Assembly (NCBI GenBank): GCA_043228905.1
Contig: JBHGNT010000015.1
Location: 16,430,001-16,494,000 of the forward strand
Reading direction: 5' to 3'
Length of the DNA: 64,000 nucleotides
From: Azolla caroliniana
Lineage: Eukaryota; Plantae; Polypodiophyta
Below, piece after piece: positions 26,191 through 41,010 of the stretch. The notes beneath the pieces are model-generated. The model did no database searches and was not told where the DNA came from. It saw only the letters and a list, made by a program, of their open reading frames with translations. Made by a program: the position numbers and the translations under genes. Position 1 is the first letter of the stretch; the number at the start of each line of letters is the position of its first letter.

Positions 26191-26772
26191 CTAGGATATT
26201 GCCTAGTTGAATTGAGCATGATTATTGTCCATTTGATTTCCATTGTCGATCACATATTATATGACATTTGTGCCTTTTCTGATGCCGATCCTATATCGAG
26301 TGGCTACAACGTGTGGATGGACAACATCGACTGGCCTGCCCGAATATCGCTTAGCTGAATGGAACACAAACGAGGTTGTGCTTTAGGCCTGATCTGCTTT
26401 GAGTGGTTACAACGAGTGAGTGAACAACGTCGAATGGCCTGTCTAATTGCCATCTAACTTGATGAAGCACGAGTAAGGCCGATTTGATGAAAAGCCTACT
26501 CTGAGCGACTACAATCGCAAAGTACAACTGGCTGGCTTACTTCAAGAGTGATTTAGTACAATGGAGTAGGGGTTTTCAGGTGTTTCTTCTCTAGCAATGT
26601 GATATTGTGGGGAGTTACCGACCAAAATATTTCAGTCTAACCAAAATCTTAGAATTTGTTTTACCAAATGATATCAACTGAAAAATCTTCCAGTGATGTT
26701 GGAAAATAAGTGCTAATGCAGACAGGAAGACAACTGACTGCAGAATCAAAAACCTCAAGCTCTGATACCAGA

Positions 26773-27160
26773 TGTTGGAAGGCGGCCGTCAATATGCAAA
26801 ACAAAACTAGCACTCTTTATGATGAAGATCTTCAGGTAGATGGTATACAAGGTCAGTAGAACATATTAGTGGGAGACGCAAAGGCAATTGTAGCAAGAGA
26901 ACAAGATCAAGGAAAACAACAACAACAAAGACAGAGAGACACCAAAGAGGCACACAAAGGTAATTGTATTATTCAAATCCAAGTTACCACAAATGGCGGC
27001 ATCAACATTACATCAATCACCAACAACTAGGTTACAAAGTTCAGTTTAAATACAAACTGAACTAGGGCAATTGTTCTTTCCAATATTTACAAATGTGGCC
27101 TAGACCTACTCTATTCAATGGGGCAATGTGAATACATCCATTATATAACCGTATTCAACA
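26773..27160 (-). repeat. 5' LTR of outer Copia
   Basis: TG..CA termini, next to the PBS, homologous to 14064-14453. Confidence 0.85.
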
Positions 27161-27487
27161 CTTTTCTCCTCCCTTATCGACTCTCCTTATATAGTTTTTC
27201 CAATATGAGCCCTCACTTGGTGATCTAATGACAAGAAGAGTCCTTGCAACTTAGCAAATCACATGCTTCATCTTTAATATCAAAAACCTTGATTTTCATA
27301 TGGTTAGTCCTCGTCGCATCTTCCTTGCTTCTTTTCTAAGTACATGCACAAACTCTTCAGTCATTTTGGTGGACTAGAACATGACCTCCATCTAGGATGA
27401 GGAAATATGTGAGGAAAGTGTGTGGTTGCCAAGTGCTTAATGTCATAACACATCTACAGATTGATGGAGCACACACACACACACACA

Positions 27488-27526
<39 letters not shown>

Positions 27527-27527
<1 letters not shown>

Positions 27528-30400
27528 GATATCGTTGAGCCAAGGGTCCGGACCGACATGTACCCTATTAGCAACAAACCAAGTGAGAGTGGTTGTTGAT
27601 CACTCTCAAGCCACTAGTGTAACTAACCTTAGTGACTAATGCTTATACTTCTTCTTTTTCTCTCTCAATAGAAGTAAATAAGTATAAAAACAAGACAAAG
27701 AAATAAATAACACTCACTTCTTACTATGAAAGAGGTTTGACACTTATACAAGAGTAGAATAATTAGGGTTTGGCCAATTAGCTCTCAATCCTTGTGCGTA
27801 AACTCAAATAAAAGATTAGGGGGGGAGAGTGAAAACTCTTAATAAACTAAGTGAAAGGAGAAAAGTCAAGAATGGAGAAGAACCACAAAAGTCACTAGGT
27901 TTTATAGCTTTTTAGAAAGGGTTTGGGGTCTTTCCACACTACGATGTCCATTGGCTAAAAGCTTCCTATTAGGTTTTACTCTATCCCCTTTTTCTAACAT
28001 CTCTATTCAACAAGATGCGTATATTTGGGACCATTTTCTTCACAAGTTGAGTCTTGGGTGGCAGATACTTAACATCCCCCCCCATGTAACGAGTGCACAC
28101 TTTAGGGTGCACAACACTAGGGGTGCATTATGGGTGAAGGTGGTGGTTGTGAAGGAGGGGGGTTGTGAGTGAGACTAGAGTATGGAGTATGGTGAGTTAG
28201 GTGGATGATTAGGAGGATGGTGAGGGCGATGGTGGAAGCCTAACCTTTAGATATTGAGGGGGGGAGTAGAATATCTTGTCTATGAGTGGTGGTTGTGAAG
28301 AACTCTTTGAAGTTGCCTACTAGCCATGTGGAAGTGACATAGTTGGCAAAGAGTGAAGCGAGTGTTCTGCTAAAGGTAATATAAGGGGTTGTGATCCACA
28401 TGTCAATCATTGTTTCAAAATCTTGTATGTAGTTGGTAGGTAGAAGGTCCACAAACCAACGAGTTGAAACTGGGTTGGTCCTTTATTGAGGTTGAACTCT
28501 AGTCACCGTGTTGGATAATTAAATTGACATAACTAATGTATATCGAGTGATGGTATTTCTAGTAGTATCCTCAAAAGTTGCAAAATGTGTATGACCACTT
28601 TGATTTCGAGGTTTGGGATGTCAAAGTAGGTATGGATGAAGATCTTCATCGCCTAAAGCACCTCGGCTTTTGAGGATTTGTGGTTGTGCGGTTGCTAAAA
28701 TAATGGCCAATTGAAACACGATGTGGAGAACCTTTGCCACATGACAAGGTAGTCAGGCCATGGCCAACATTGTGGGAGAGGAAGAAACATAGGGTTGATG
28801 TGGATTTACGAGGGATGCATCACAAACTATTACCCAAACTATTGGCAAAACTAGGTTAGGGGGTTTTCCATTACATGAGACCATCCTCTAGCCTCAATGG
28901 GGTTGGAAGTAGACCACAACTTCATCTTATCATTGTAGAAGTGTGGGAGTAGGAGGAGGTCGACTTGTTGTTTAGTAGCACCTCGTGAAGTTACATGCAT
29001 ACGTGTGCTACTTGAGCAGAACCACTAGGGAATTCAACCAAAGAGGATGGATAACTCAAAGGCTAGTTAGTGTCGAATGATCATCAAAGTTGAAAGATTG
29101 CCAGACTCAAAAGTTTGTCAAAGTAGAAGGCTTTGCAGAGTCGAAGGTAGGTAAGAGTTGAAGGCTTTGTAGAGTCGAAGGTAGCACAGACTCTAACGTA
29201 TCCAAGAGTTGAAGGCAGGTCAAAGTCAAAGGGAGCCCAAAGTCGAACATAGTAGCAATTCAAACTGTGAGTTATGCCCGAGATTAACATGTAATTAACC
29301 TTTAACCCTTGTCCACCAAGTTGTAACCTTTAACCCTTGTCCTAATCTCTCATTTTATCCATAAACTAACCTTCTATGCTAGACTAACCTAGAACCAAAC
29401 CAATGATTCCTTATCTTTCTTCTTCCAACACCACCAAGACCATTCTTTCCATCATAGCCATGGAGACCACCCAATCCACCAAACATTTTGCTCGCACTTT
29501 GCACCACCACAACTAGTTGTCGTGGCGTCATGCGCTTTCATCGAACATAACCCTTCATGCACCAAGCATGCGCCACCCTTGTTCCTAGCATCCCCTTAGT
29601 CAAGGTGCTTTGGCCATCCTTCTTCCTTTGGTTCACTCTTGCCTTCATTAGGCCCCATCCGAATATCGACTTTGCCTACTTGTAGTTCCTTCTTCAAGTA
29701 TATGCTCACATTTAGGTTCTTCAGATGACCACGTTGTATGTTTCCCGCTTCGGCCTCTTTCATAGTATGCTCTCATGTTAGAGTTGATCATTGTTCCCTT
29801 GATCTTCGTGATATTGTCCTCTTTTGAGTTGGATGTCACAATCACAGCTGGAGGAACATCCTTCATCTTCTCCTTGCATGCTTGGCCATCTTCGTGCACT
29901 ATTGTACTTTGTTTGGCCTCGTCGTCCTTTGTATTGTCTTTTACCATTGCTTCTTCATCTTTGATATATGGACATGTCGGGTTTATGCCAGGTCCATGTG
30001 TGTCTTCCTCTTGAGCTTTCGCGAATTCGATACATTGTTGTTGTCTCATTGCACCTTTCATGTCATCACCATTCCTTGAGTTTGATATATCGTGTGTTCC
30101 CTAGGGAACACCCTTTAAATCTTAATCCTGGTCTTTGTCTTGCTTGTCTCTATCCTTAAACATTTGACATTATTTCCTCTATCCATTCCTACATCATCGA
30201 CATCCTTCTCTTCGGTCTTACCGTGGCATGGGCCCAAAGCTTCGGTGAGGGTCTTCATGCCATCAACCATCCCAACTCCTCAGTGTCCTAGTCTCAGGTT
30301 TTAGATGTGTGGTGCCATTATCCTGCTTGATCTTGGTTTTACATCTACACTTGGATGGTGTATTTTCTTGTTCATGATCCAAGTCTTTTTAACTATTTCT
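27527..30400 (-). mobile_element. Putative decayed LTR retrotransposon (LTR ~27527-28074 with PPT)
   Basis: TG...AACA segment directly followed by a C8 tract (a PPT on the minus strand), with degenerate low-complexity coding remnants beyond. No partner LTR seen. Confidence 0.35.
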
Positions 30401-31054
30401 TTTTGTATCTTCCTAGGCATAGTGCCTTCGTTTTGAACTTCCTTGGTTTCCACCACTTCACATGGGTGGGCAAGTAACTTTTCATTTAGATATGAAGCTT
30501 CGGAGATTATATTTGTCTCATCATCCGAACCACATCAAAGTTATTCGATTATAGGGTACGAATCTTCAGAGATACTTGTCGTTGCATCCTCTCGATCGTC
30601 CCTTGTAATTCCCATTATCTCATCTTTGAATTCAATGAGGTTCATGATCGAAGCTTGGGAGAGAGCGCTCATTCCATCATTTGGACTGACTGTAAATTCC
30701 ATTGTTGTACTTGTGAGTGCCTCTTCGAATAAGGCTTCATTATTAACATGATTATGTGTCTCATATACATCTTGTTCTCTTTTACCAGTTATTTACACAC
30801 GAAAGAAATTCATCATATCTCAGAGCTTCATCACTCGCCATCTCTTTATATTGCACACCTTCGTTTCTATACGATACTTCGAAGTTATTCACATTTGAGT
30901 CCCATGAGAAGATGAGAGAAACTCCCGATCGATCGTAGAAGTTTTTTCCAAATGCTTCTTTCGATAATACTTCCAACAAAAGATGTCCACAAAGATAATG
31001 AATAATGTACATAAATGGGTCTCCATTTGTCCGGACGGTGTGAACGCGGACGAA

Positions 31055-31150
31055 TGGTTAGGGTTTAGGCAGCGCCGAAGCTCTGTTTCCCCATCTCTCA
31101 ATCGCACAGTTTCTGCGCTCTGCTGAGGGTTAGGGTTAGGGTTAGGGTTA
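31055..31150 (+). promoter_or_regulatory. Telo-box (TAGGGTTT), pyrimidine tract and (TTAGGG)n run in the RPS16 promoter/5' UTR
   Basis: ggttagggtttagg at ~31056; ctctgtttccccatctctc at 31081; AGGGTTAGGGTTAGGGTTAGGGTTA at 31126-31150. Telo-boxes are established motifs of plant ribosomal-protein promoters. Confidence 0.7.
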
Positions 31151-31192
31151 CGCGCGAGGATTTGTAGATTTCACCTGCAAGCTTTAATAGCC

Positions 31193-31627
31193 ATGGCCAC
31201 CGCCGTGGAGTCTGTGCAGTGCTTCGGTCGGAAGAAGACGGCAGTAGCGGTTTGCCATTGCAAGCGCGGGCGGGGTCTAATTAAGATCAATGGATGCCCC
31301 ATCGAGCTGGTGGAGCCTGAAATCCTTCGCTACAAGGCCTACGAGCCAGTCCTCCTCCTTGGTCGCTCCCGCTTCGCAGGCGTAGACATGCGCATCCGCG
31401 TCAAAGGCGGTGGACACACCTCTCAGATCTATGCCATTCGGCAGGCCATTGCCAAGGCCCTCGTTGCCTTCTACCAGAAGTACGTGGACGAGGTATCTAA
31501 GAAGGAGATCAGAGACACCCTTGCCCGTTATGATCGAACACTCCTCGTCGCCGATCCCCGCCGTTGCGAGCCCAAGAAGTTCGGAGGGAGAGGTGCGCGT
31601 TCTCGCTTCCAGAAGTCTTACCGTTAG
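31193..31627 (+). CDS. RPS16: 40S ribosomal protein S16 (uS9), intronless CDS
   Basis: 144 aa: [61 protein letters not shown]. Good Kozak context (gccATGg). Confidence 0.99.
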   Translation: MATAVESVQCFGRKKTAVAVCHCKRGRGLIKINGCPIELVEPEILRYKAYEPVLLLGRSRFAGVDMRIRVKGGGHTSQIYAIRQAIAKALVAFYQKYVDEVSKKEIRDTLARYDRTLLVADPRRCEPKKFGGRGARSRFQKSYR

Positions 31628-32572
31628 GATTCTTAGCCTTTTTCAGTTTTGATCTAAAAACAGGTGTGTTTGACATCTATGCTGTCGCTTTTGCGACATC
31701 GGAACATGTTAGTGAATCGCAATGCAGTTTGTATCAATTTTTGAAATTTCCTTACCGTCTTTACTCTGATTTATTTGGTAGGATTTGAATTTGGTTTAAT
31801 TCACTTTCAGAGAAATCTGTTTTCCTAATTACTATTTGAATTGCTAAGTTGATGAGGTTTTATCATGTTATGTTCGCATCAATGGTTTTCTTGAATTTCC
31901 TTTGTATTTGATTGTTTATATTGTTTTCTTAATTGTTTTTGAGTAATAGTACTATACTGTTATGCGTTTTGATTGTGAAACCTGAGCTTGATATCACAGT
32001 GTAGACTTATGGAAAGTATTTTGGTGTTAATAAGTAAGTAGCACCATCCTGCATATTTTAACGGCAAGTTTGGTCTTTGAAAAGCATTAAGTAATGTTGG
32101 ATTTTCCCTGTCCTTGATTTACATGGCTTTTTACTGCTTATGAAATAAAGCTAAATCCTGCATGGTGTTAATATCATGCTGATCAATTTATGGTCTTGGT
32201 GTAACTTTGTTGTTAAAAGGAATGAAGTTGTATACTGTTGTGGATGCAGCAAATGATGGCCTCCAATTTATTGCTATACATAAGTTTTATTTTTGTTTTT
32301 TTCCTGCATTTTCTAGCCATGAATATGCAGTGAGTCTAATATCAGACTCAACTGACTAGAATTCTCGTGTCTGTAGTTTACTTTTCATGAAAATCTCCTT
32401 TCATTTGTTGTTTGAACACTGCAGACTAGTTTCTTCTTGTTTTATGTTATGATATTGGCTCACAAAGGTCTCATTGATTGGCTTAATGAAGTTATAATCG
32501 ATTTGTTTGACACATATTAAATGAAGTCTCATTTGAGATGAACAGCATCAAGGATCAAGCGATGCTATAACT

Positions 32573-32890
32573 AGATATTGGTATTACAAATATTCTGCAC
32601 TTAATGATGTTTATGTTAGTATCAAACTGTTGAAGCAATATGATATGAACTGTGATTATGAATGTATTGAGCAAGGAAATAGATCTTGGTATACAAATAT
32701 TCTGCAAATATGGTTGTTATGTTAGTGTCAAACTGTTGAAGTTACATGATACGAACTGTTAATATGAATGCATTGAGCAAGGAGATGGATATTGGTATAC
32801 AAATATGGTGGTTATGTTAGTATGTATCAAACTGTTGATGCAATACGTGAAAAATCGTGATTATGAATGCATTGAGCAAGGAGATAGATG
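32573..32890. repeat. ~105-bp imperfect tandem repeat, 3 copies
   Basis: Recurring gatattggtatacaaatat...atgttagt..tcaaactgttga...tatgaatg.attgagcaagga.ata/tgat. Confidence 0.75.
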
Positions 32891-33456
32891 TTATTGCCTA
32901 ATCATATCGTGTACTATGTATGGGCTGTACATCTATACCAGTAAATCATTTTTTGGAAGATCTTTCATAAAGGGCATGTATGTGATCTTGATATAGAGAT
33001 TTGTAATACTATCTTAAAGGAGATTATGATTGCCCATAACCATACACATTGGTACATATATCATACATTTAGTCATGCCAGTGACCTTTGTATCCCTGAA
33101 CATAGGTGAGGTGTTAAACATTGCAAAGGTGATGATGCATGTTGGGTTCTCTCTCCCATATCAACTACAATTCTTGAGCTACCTGAATTATTAGTGAACG
33201 AACATCTATGGATTGCCATCTTCAATTGTAAGCAATCAAGTTCCTCAATTCATGGAACCATTTTTCCTTTTTTGTTCTTTGCTTATATCATGAGAGACAA
33301 CCATATATTGATGGTCAGCGGCGCTAACCAAAAACTCAAAATACATGCCTCCCATTTACCTATGTGATAACAATGTTTGGGTGTTCCTTGTTGGATTTGC
33401 CCATACTCTTGTATGTGGGCTACTCGTTTAATGGTCAAGAGTTGTTTATAATGAAT

Positions 33457-33651
33457 TGTAACAAGATTTTCTTGAGTTAAATATTGTTGACAATAATGTG
33501 TGAAAAGTTGGAAGATTGTAAGCTTTTCTTGAAGGGTTGTGAGCATTGTTGATTATAGTAACAAGATTTTCTTGAGGAGTTAAACATTGTTGACAATAAT
33601 GTGTGTGATAAGCTGGAATATTGTAAGCTTTTCTTGAAGGGTTGTGAGCAT
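33457..33651. repeat. ~100-bp tandem duplication
   Basis: gtaacaagattttcttgag...tgttgacaataatgtgtg...ttgtaagcttttcttgaagggttgtgagcatt occurs twice. Confidence 0.8.
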
Positions 33652-35039
33652 TCACGAATAAACGCCATTCAACATTCATGAATAATGTCAACCTTCACGA
33701 ATAAACGCCACTACTTGCAATTCGTGAGAAATTTTTTAATTTAGTGTTTGTGAAGATAGAGAATCTTTGGAATCGAGAGTCCTTCCTATAAATCATGTGA
33801 AATAATTTCGCCCAAACTCCAAGAATGTATCACGTATTTCACATAAACATAATTTTACCATCAAAGGTAAGGGCATTAAAAAGTTTCATTGAACCTCCCA
33901 TAGTACCTCCTCACCGACGAATAATTCTAGATCCTTCAAACTAGCAAACTAGTTGAACCATTATTCATGTGATCATCCGAAGAAGTAGCATCACATCTTT
34001 AATGAGGGGGGTAACAATTCCCCTTTTACATAACCCAACACCTAAGGCTCCTAGAGCACCACTTGTTCTCATGTATCATAAGTCCTTACGGGTTTGTCCC
34101 AAGTCCAAACATCATTAGTTTTCCAACTATCCTACCATTAGCCCATTAAAATGTGTATTAGAATTAGTCTAAGGTTATGCCTATAAAATGCTCCACCTTA
34201 TGGACACGTTAATTAATAATAGTAAACATATACATGTATAGGTTTGTACCACATGCATGACCATATAAACTATGATCACATGCCAAAACTATGGATATTT
34301 TGACATGCAACATGTTGATTTTTTCTTCAGTGGGGCATCGTGACTATTCCTTATCTTATGAACATGACATCATTCATGTAAACATAAGATACTCGTGGAA
34401 TCAGATGGATCCTCTCTCAAGGAAAAGATGTGTGATATGGAAGGCAAGGCGTAACAAACTTCCTAAGTTCATTTATGTAAAGACAAATAAAAAGTTGAAG
34501 TTTGAAACAAGGAGTCGAACTTCTAGTGTTGTTATTTACACGTTTTGCATTAAGATCTTCATTTAACATGTGTTTTGGTTTAAAATGATAAATAGAGAAA
34601 CAATTCAATACATATTAAAACTCTAGAAAGAAAAGTATCCATGAAATAAAGAAGATTACATGAAAGTATATTATGAGAAATGAATTTAGTTTTTTAAAGC
34701 TAAAACCAATCTTCTCAACAAAAAAATTTGGAGGACAACCATTTTCATTGCGCTATATTTCAATTATGATGATGGTGTGCCAAATATCTTAAATAGAATA
34801 GTAAGAATCAACATATTGATTTGCCAACTTAGAGGAACGTTCCATTGTTTGATGTCCCACATTCATTATGCTTTTTTAAAATATTTTTTTAAAAGATTTT
34901 CTTCGATAGTATTAAGAAAAAACACCCAAAGGCTACAACTTGAACCTAGCTGCCCAAGAGGTTACAACTTTTCCTATACAATTATGTAAAATAATCCTAG
35001 GACCAAATATCGAACTTTGTAGAAGGTGTTGATATTTAA

Positions 35040-37200
35040 GAAAGAGTCCATGGAAGTCGATAGTGCCATTGAGGCTCTCGAGTTGACATTGTAAACAGGG
35101 GCAACTTTTTCCATAAGTGAAGAAGCATTTTCCTTCTCTTGTTCACAATGTTTGGGGAACCTTGCATATTATCATATTGGCCATGGACTATTGCCATCAA
35201 GTTCTCCCATATCTCAAGCATCACATTTGAGAGATGAATGATTATTGCATCATAAAGTCAATTACAACGATATTTCCATAATGCCCATAACGTTACTGTG
35301 GTCACTGTTTTCCAAATTTGGATAGATCGCACCTGCTTCCGAGGTTACTGAAAGGGACTAACTAATATCAATCTTCTATTATGTATTGTCATTGCCTCAT
35401 GAACATCGTTTGCCTCCCACAATCATTATGCGTGAAAAGCTAAGCCATTGACATCCTAACTATTGTGCTTATTTCCACGTGAATTAATGAACCTAAAAAC
35501 TAAAGTCGATGAGTAGTCACACTGATTATTATGTTTTATTCATATCAAATTATTATGCTCACATGGAATTACGAAGTTTGGCTCCACAGTTTTGAAGTCA
35601 CAATCATATCCATCATTCAGTAAGCCGAAATATTCATCTCTTACTTCATGATAAAGGGAAATTTTCGTATCTAAACTCTTGCTTTTGGCATAAAGAAAAT
35701 ATGCAATATCATAGCTTTTACTTTCTTATGAGGTTAATCTACAATATTTCAAAATACAAATTTTGTGTCCAACCAACATGAGTGGACAACCACATATTGC
35801 GATCAAGGTCTGGATCTTATTTGTTTAGATGTCTTTACTGCACCCTTCCCTTACTATTGGAAATACAGAGACCCATCTCCTCACAATTGGAAATAGCTTG
35901 TGACATACCAATATTAAGTTTTGACTTTTCTATCATCTCGATAAATATGCGACTAGTGTCAATTCCTCTAAAGCTCAACTATGGGACACAACATATTTCA
36001 TCCTTCTCGTGATCCTAATTGGGGATTCAATATGGCTGCAAATACCTTAAGGATAGACGAAATTTGCAATGAAGTGGAAACTTGGTATGAAGTCATAGTT
36101 TTGTATGACTTGGTGAACATCACATGGAACACTAGTTTTAGATGGGCCAACGATAGAGGTGCATAAAAACATAGCAAATTTTTAGACTATTATGAACATA
36201 TTGATTGTAGAGCTCACCTTACCATTATAATGTCTAGCCACGTTGAGTATTGGGATATCTTGTGCAAGAAATAAAATGCTTCCAATATTGCAATTCCTTG
36301 ATTCTCCTATTTCCAAGGAGAACATTGCTAAAGTTGATGAGGATTCTCTTCAACAACAACCCAATATTAGATGGAGCCCCCACTTAGTTTTCCAAAATCT
36401 CAAAGACATGTGCATTGATCAACAATAGTCCATCCATCACATAAGCCTATATCCACACATCCATGAGGGGATAATAAAGCTAATATATAAAGGAGGCAAG
36501 AAGGGTAATGATAAAAGTTGGACACCTTTAACTACGCTCACTTTTTCGTACAAAATATTTGCTAAAGCTCTAGCCAATCAAATAGCTCAATTCACACGAC
36601 ATATTGGTATGAGAAGAATGCAAGGGCTTAATAATGATGGAAAAGCAAGACTACGCTTCCAAAAGCAATAAAGACAACTTGATTTCAAAACAATGTGGGA
36701 TAAATGTGGGAAGGGCAAGCATATGATTCCAAACCCAATTAAGATCACATGTATTCCAAATTTGATTTTGACAAAAAGTAATCATAAATTAGAGTAGAAC
36801 TTTGTCCTCTAATCTTTGCATGTTATAGCTCTTGGGAAGATATTAAGTTTATCAATATATTTTTCCATGGTGTTATTGCTTGTATTAACATAAATGTTCA
36901 CATCTTGATTCTTTGAGCCATTTTTTTCCCACTCCAAGCAAGGTTGCCCATTGTTGTTTGATGTTGATGAGAATGGACTTGGCAAGTCCAAGAAAAGGTT
37001 AACAAAGATGAGTTAGAGACATGGAATTTGCCAAATAACAAATGATTTCATTGATGACACAAATGGTTTGGTGAAGAATAATGAGAGTTCTCTTAGGTAC
37101 TTTTCGCAATGGCTAGAGAATTTTTGTATGTGGAACAAGGCTCTAAAATCAATCACAAGGAAATAGAGATCACGTGCCTTCTTAAAGATTCTCTTATCCG
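35040..37200. mobile_element. Decayed L1-clade LINE remnants in both orientations
   Basis: Plus strand ~36510-36590 reads SWTPLTTLTFSYKIFAKALANQIA (compare L1 RT WRPITLLN.DYKI.AKALA.R). Minus strand ~35260-35320 reads TVTLWALWKYRCN (compare the L1 C-terminal W.IW..RN motif). Confidence 0.5.
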
Positions 37201-37432
37201 CTTATTATCTAGTATCCATCCTTCGACATCTAGGGAGACCTATGCACTACATGTGGTGGATGCAATACTGGTCATGAATCACATTCTTACTTTATGTTTT
37301 GTTTATCAACTATGTTGTTGGAAACCTTTTCTAGCACAATAATAACGAGTGACAGACCCTATCGGTAGGTTGTTTACACTACTAACACTACAACTTGGGT
37401 TCGAAACCCAATTTTTTCATCTCTACATTACA

Positions 37433-37477
<45 letters not shown>

Positions 37478-37924
37478 TAGATGCCATTGTGGAATGTAGG
37501 GGTTAAACCCATGACCACCTTGTCTCCATTGGGCAACCTTACCAACTAAGGTACATCCATATGAGCTCTCTCTCTTGTTCTCCACACATACACACATACA
37601 TAGACACACACATCTCTTTATCTAAATTTTTGTGGGAACCTAACTCGGGGATATCAAAAGATTGATTGGGCATGGATGAGAGTACCAATGATATGCTTGA
37701 CTTGAAATAACGAAGTGGTAACCCAAGGAGCACGAGCATAGCATGGCATAGCAAAAGGGTAAGAAAGCAAGGAACATGCCGGGTTGGTTGAAGCACCCCA
37801 TTGTAAAGTGGGCGGGCGGTCACAAGGACCCAAAACCAACACCAACACTAACACTCACACACGACTAACACAAGACCAAGACCAAGACCAAGACCAAAGA
37901 AGAAGAAGAAGAAAAAGAAGAAGA

Positions 37925-39500
<1,576 letters not shown>

Positions 39501-40266
39501 TGAGTTAAAACATATTTTTTTTGTTTTCTTTTCTCCATTTGTCTTTCTTCTTCTTTGAAGTAAAGACCATTTCTTTTGTCAATAATCTTGCCTGTACATC
39601 AAGCTAAACAATTTGAATGAAGGCGTTAATTTATTCATATTTTATGCACCTTTAAAGATGTTTTAAACAGGGTCTTAATCAATTCTCAAGTATTTAAACT
39701 AAAGAGGAGTACAAGGTTCTCATGGCACTATATCGAGAAACAAATATTTATTAATTGGTGGAGCTCTCCTCTTCATGCAGGAAATCCTTGGAAAGGATGA
39801 GAATACACCACAAGTGTATAAGAGCTGAGTAGAGAAGGGTTCTTTGTAATACAGCTCCCCTGGAAATCTTTATGCACCCTTTTTGTGTGAAATCTTATCT
39901 CTAACAATATGTGATTGGTTGATTTTGTAGCTCTCATCTCATACCTTTTAATGGTATGATTGATTGCAAACAATGGATCATTTTAGTATGGGTATGTTAA
40001 ACTGGGGAGAATTCATCACAATAACATTGGCCTTCAAGAAATGGTTAGGTTGCATGATACAGCTTCTGGGCATTGAGCTCAATCTATGTATGTATATCTC
40101 TATGAGGATCAGTTGATGGTGTTCAATAGAAACGATTAATCTAAATACCTTCATTATATGCCATTGTAAAGCTGAACAAATTTCCATCTCTTTTATGGCC
40201 CAAAGGATAGCCAAAATATGAATTGAATGTTGTCATCCTAGATTGTGATTCACTATTCTCTTTTAG

Positions 40267-40973
40267 GCATACTATGTTCCAAAATCCTATCTATGGTCTG
40301 GCTCTCGTGGAATACTTACTGGTTTACCTTGAAAAAATGTTATGGCTACAATATCAAGTTTCTTATCAGATTCTCACAGTAGAGGCTATTTTTCACTGGA
40401 ATATTGTAGAATGCAGGTGTTTTCTTCTTCTATGACATTTTTACCCATTACAATGTATGCTTAGGCACGTGCAAAAAATTCTTGTTCATCAGACTTAGCA
40501 ATGGCAAGAATGAGGACGAGAACAAGAAATTTAAAATCTCTTATAGGATGTAAATTACTGCATCCATATGTAGGTAGGTGTACACAAAGAATTAGTTGAG
40601 AAAGATAACATCCCCCCCTCTGCACTAGAATGGCCCTAAATTCCTCTCATTCTGGTCTCCCAAACAAACTTGGATATTGGTACTTCTGAAAATGAAGTCC
40701 TCTTCTCAGTTTTGTGTTTTCATGGCCTATACTCATCTTTGTGTTCAGTTTGTGTAATGTATTTTGTCTTTGATTACCGTTGTTTATCTCGTTGTATTTG
40801 ACCGTTTCTTTATGCTCAATGTCATTGACATGTTTTGACACAATACGAAAATGTGAAAGGTCGATGGTATTCTATTTATATTTCATTATGCAGAGCTGAG
40901 CTCAGTGGATGAGGTTCTTGCTAGGCTTCGAGTCATTGAGTCATTTTCTAAAGCAAAAGATGTAAAGGAATAA
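40267..40973 (+). pseudogene. 3' exons of an unidentified gene, probably disabled
   Basis: AG/GT-bounded segments 40267-40416, 40465-40573 and 40894-40973 join in phase to give AYYVPKSYLWSGSRGILTGLP*KNVMATISSFLSDSHSRGYFSLEYCRMQARAKNSCSSDLAMARMRTRTRNLKSLIGCKLLHPYVELSSVDEVLARLRVIESFSKAKDVKE*. One internal TGA and a short 48-nt intron. Confidence 0.5.
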
Positions 40974-41010
40974 AGATTTAATCATAATTATCATCTAGTC
41001 AATGATAAAT

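Larger units (their letters stand above)
14064..27160 (-). mobile_element. Old Ty1/Copia LTR retrotransposon (outer host of a nest)
   Basis: Diverged LTR pair 14064-14453 and 26773-27160. PBS (tRNA-iMet, reverse complement gctctgatacca) at 26759-26770; PPT (ctcccct) after 14453; flanks CTTTG/CTTTT as a degenerate TSD. Decayed RNaseH/RT at 14700-15564 and RT/IN/PR/gag at 21066-23712. Confidence 0.88.

Noticed and set aside
30440-31107. Gene divergent from RPS16
   Set aside because: Short broken frames, with no consistent splice model or motif; more likely decayed TE sequence.
31126-31150. Chromosome end or telomere fusion scar
   Set aside because: Only four units, no degenerate flanking array, and positioned as a promoter/UTR motif.
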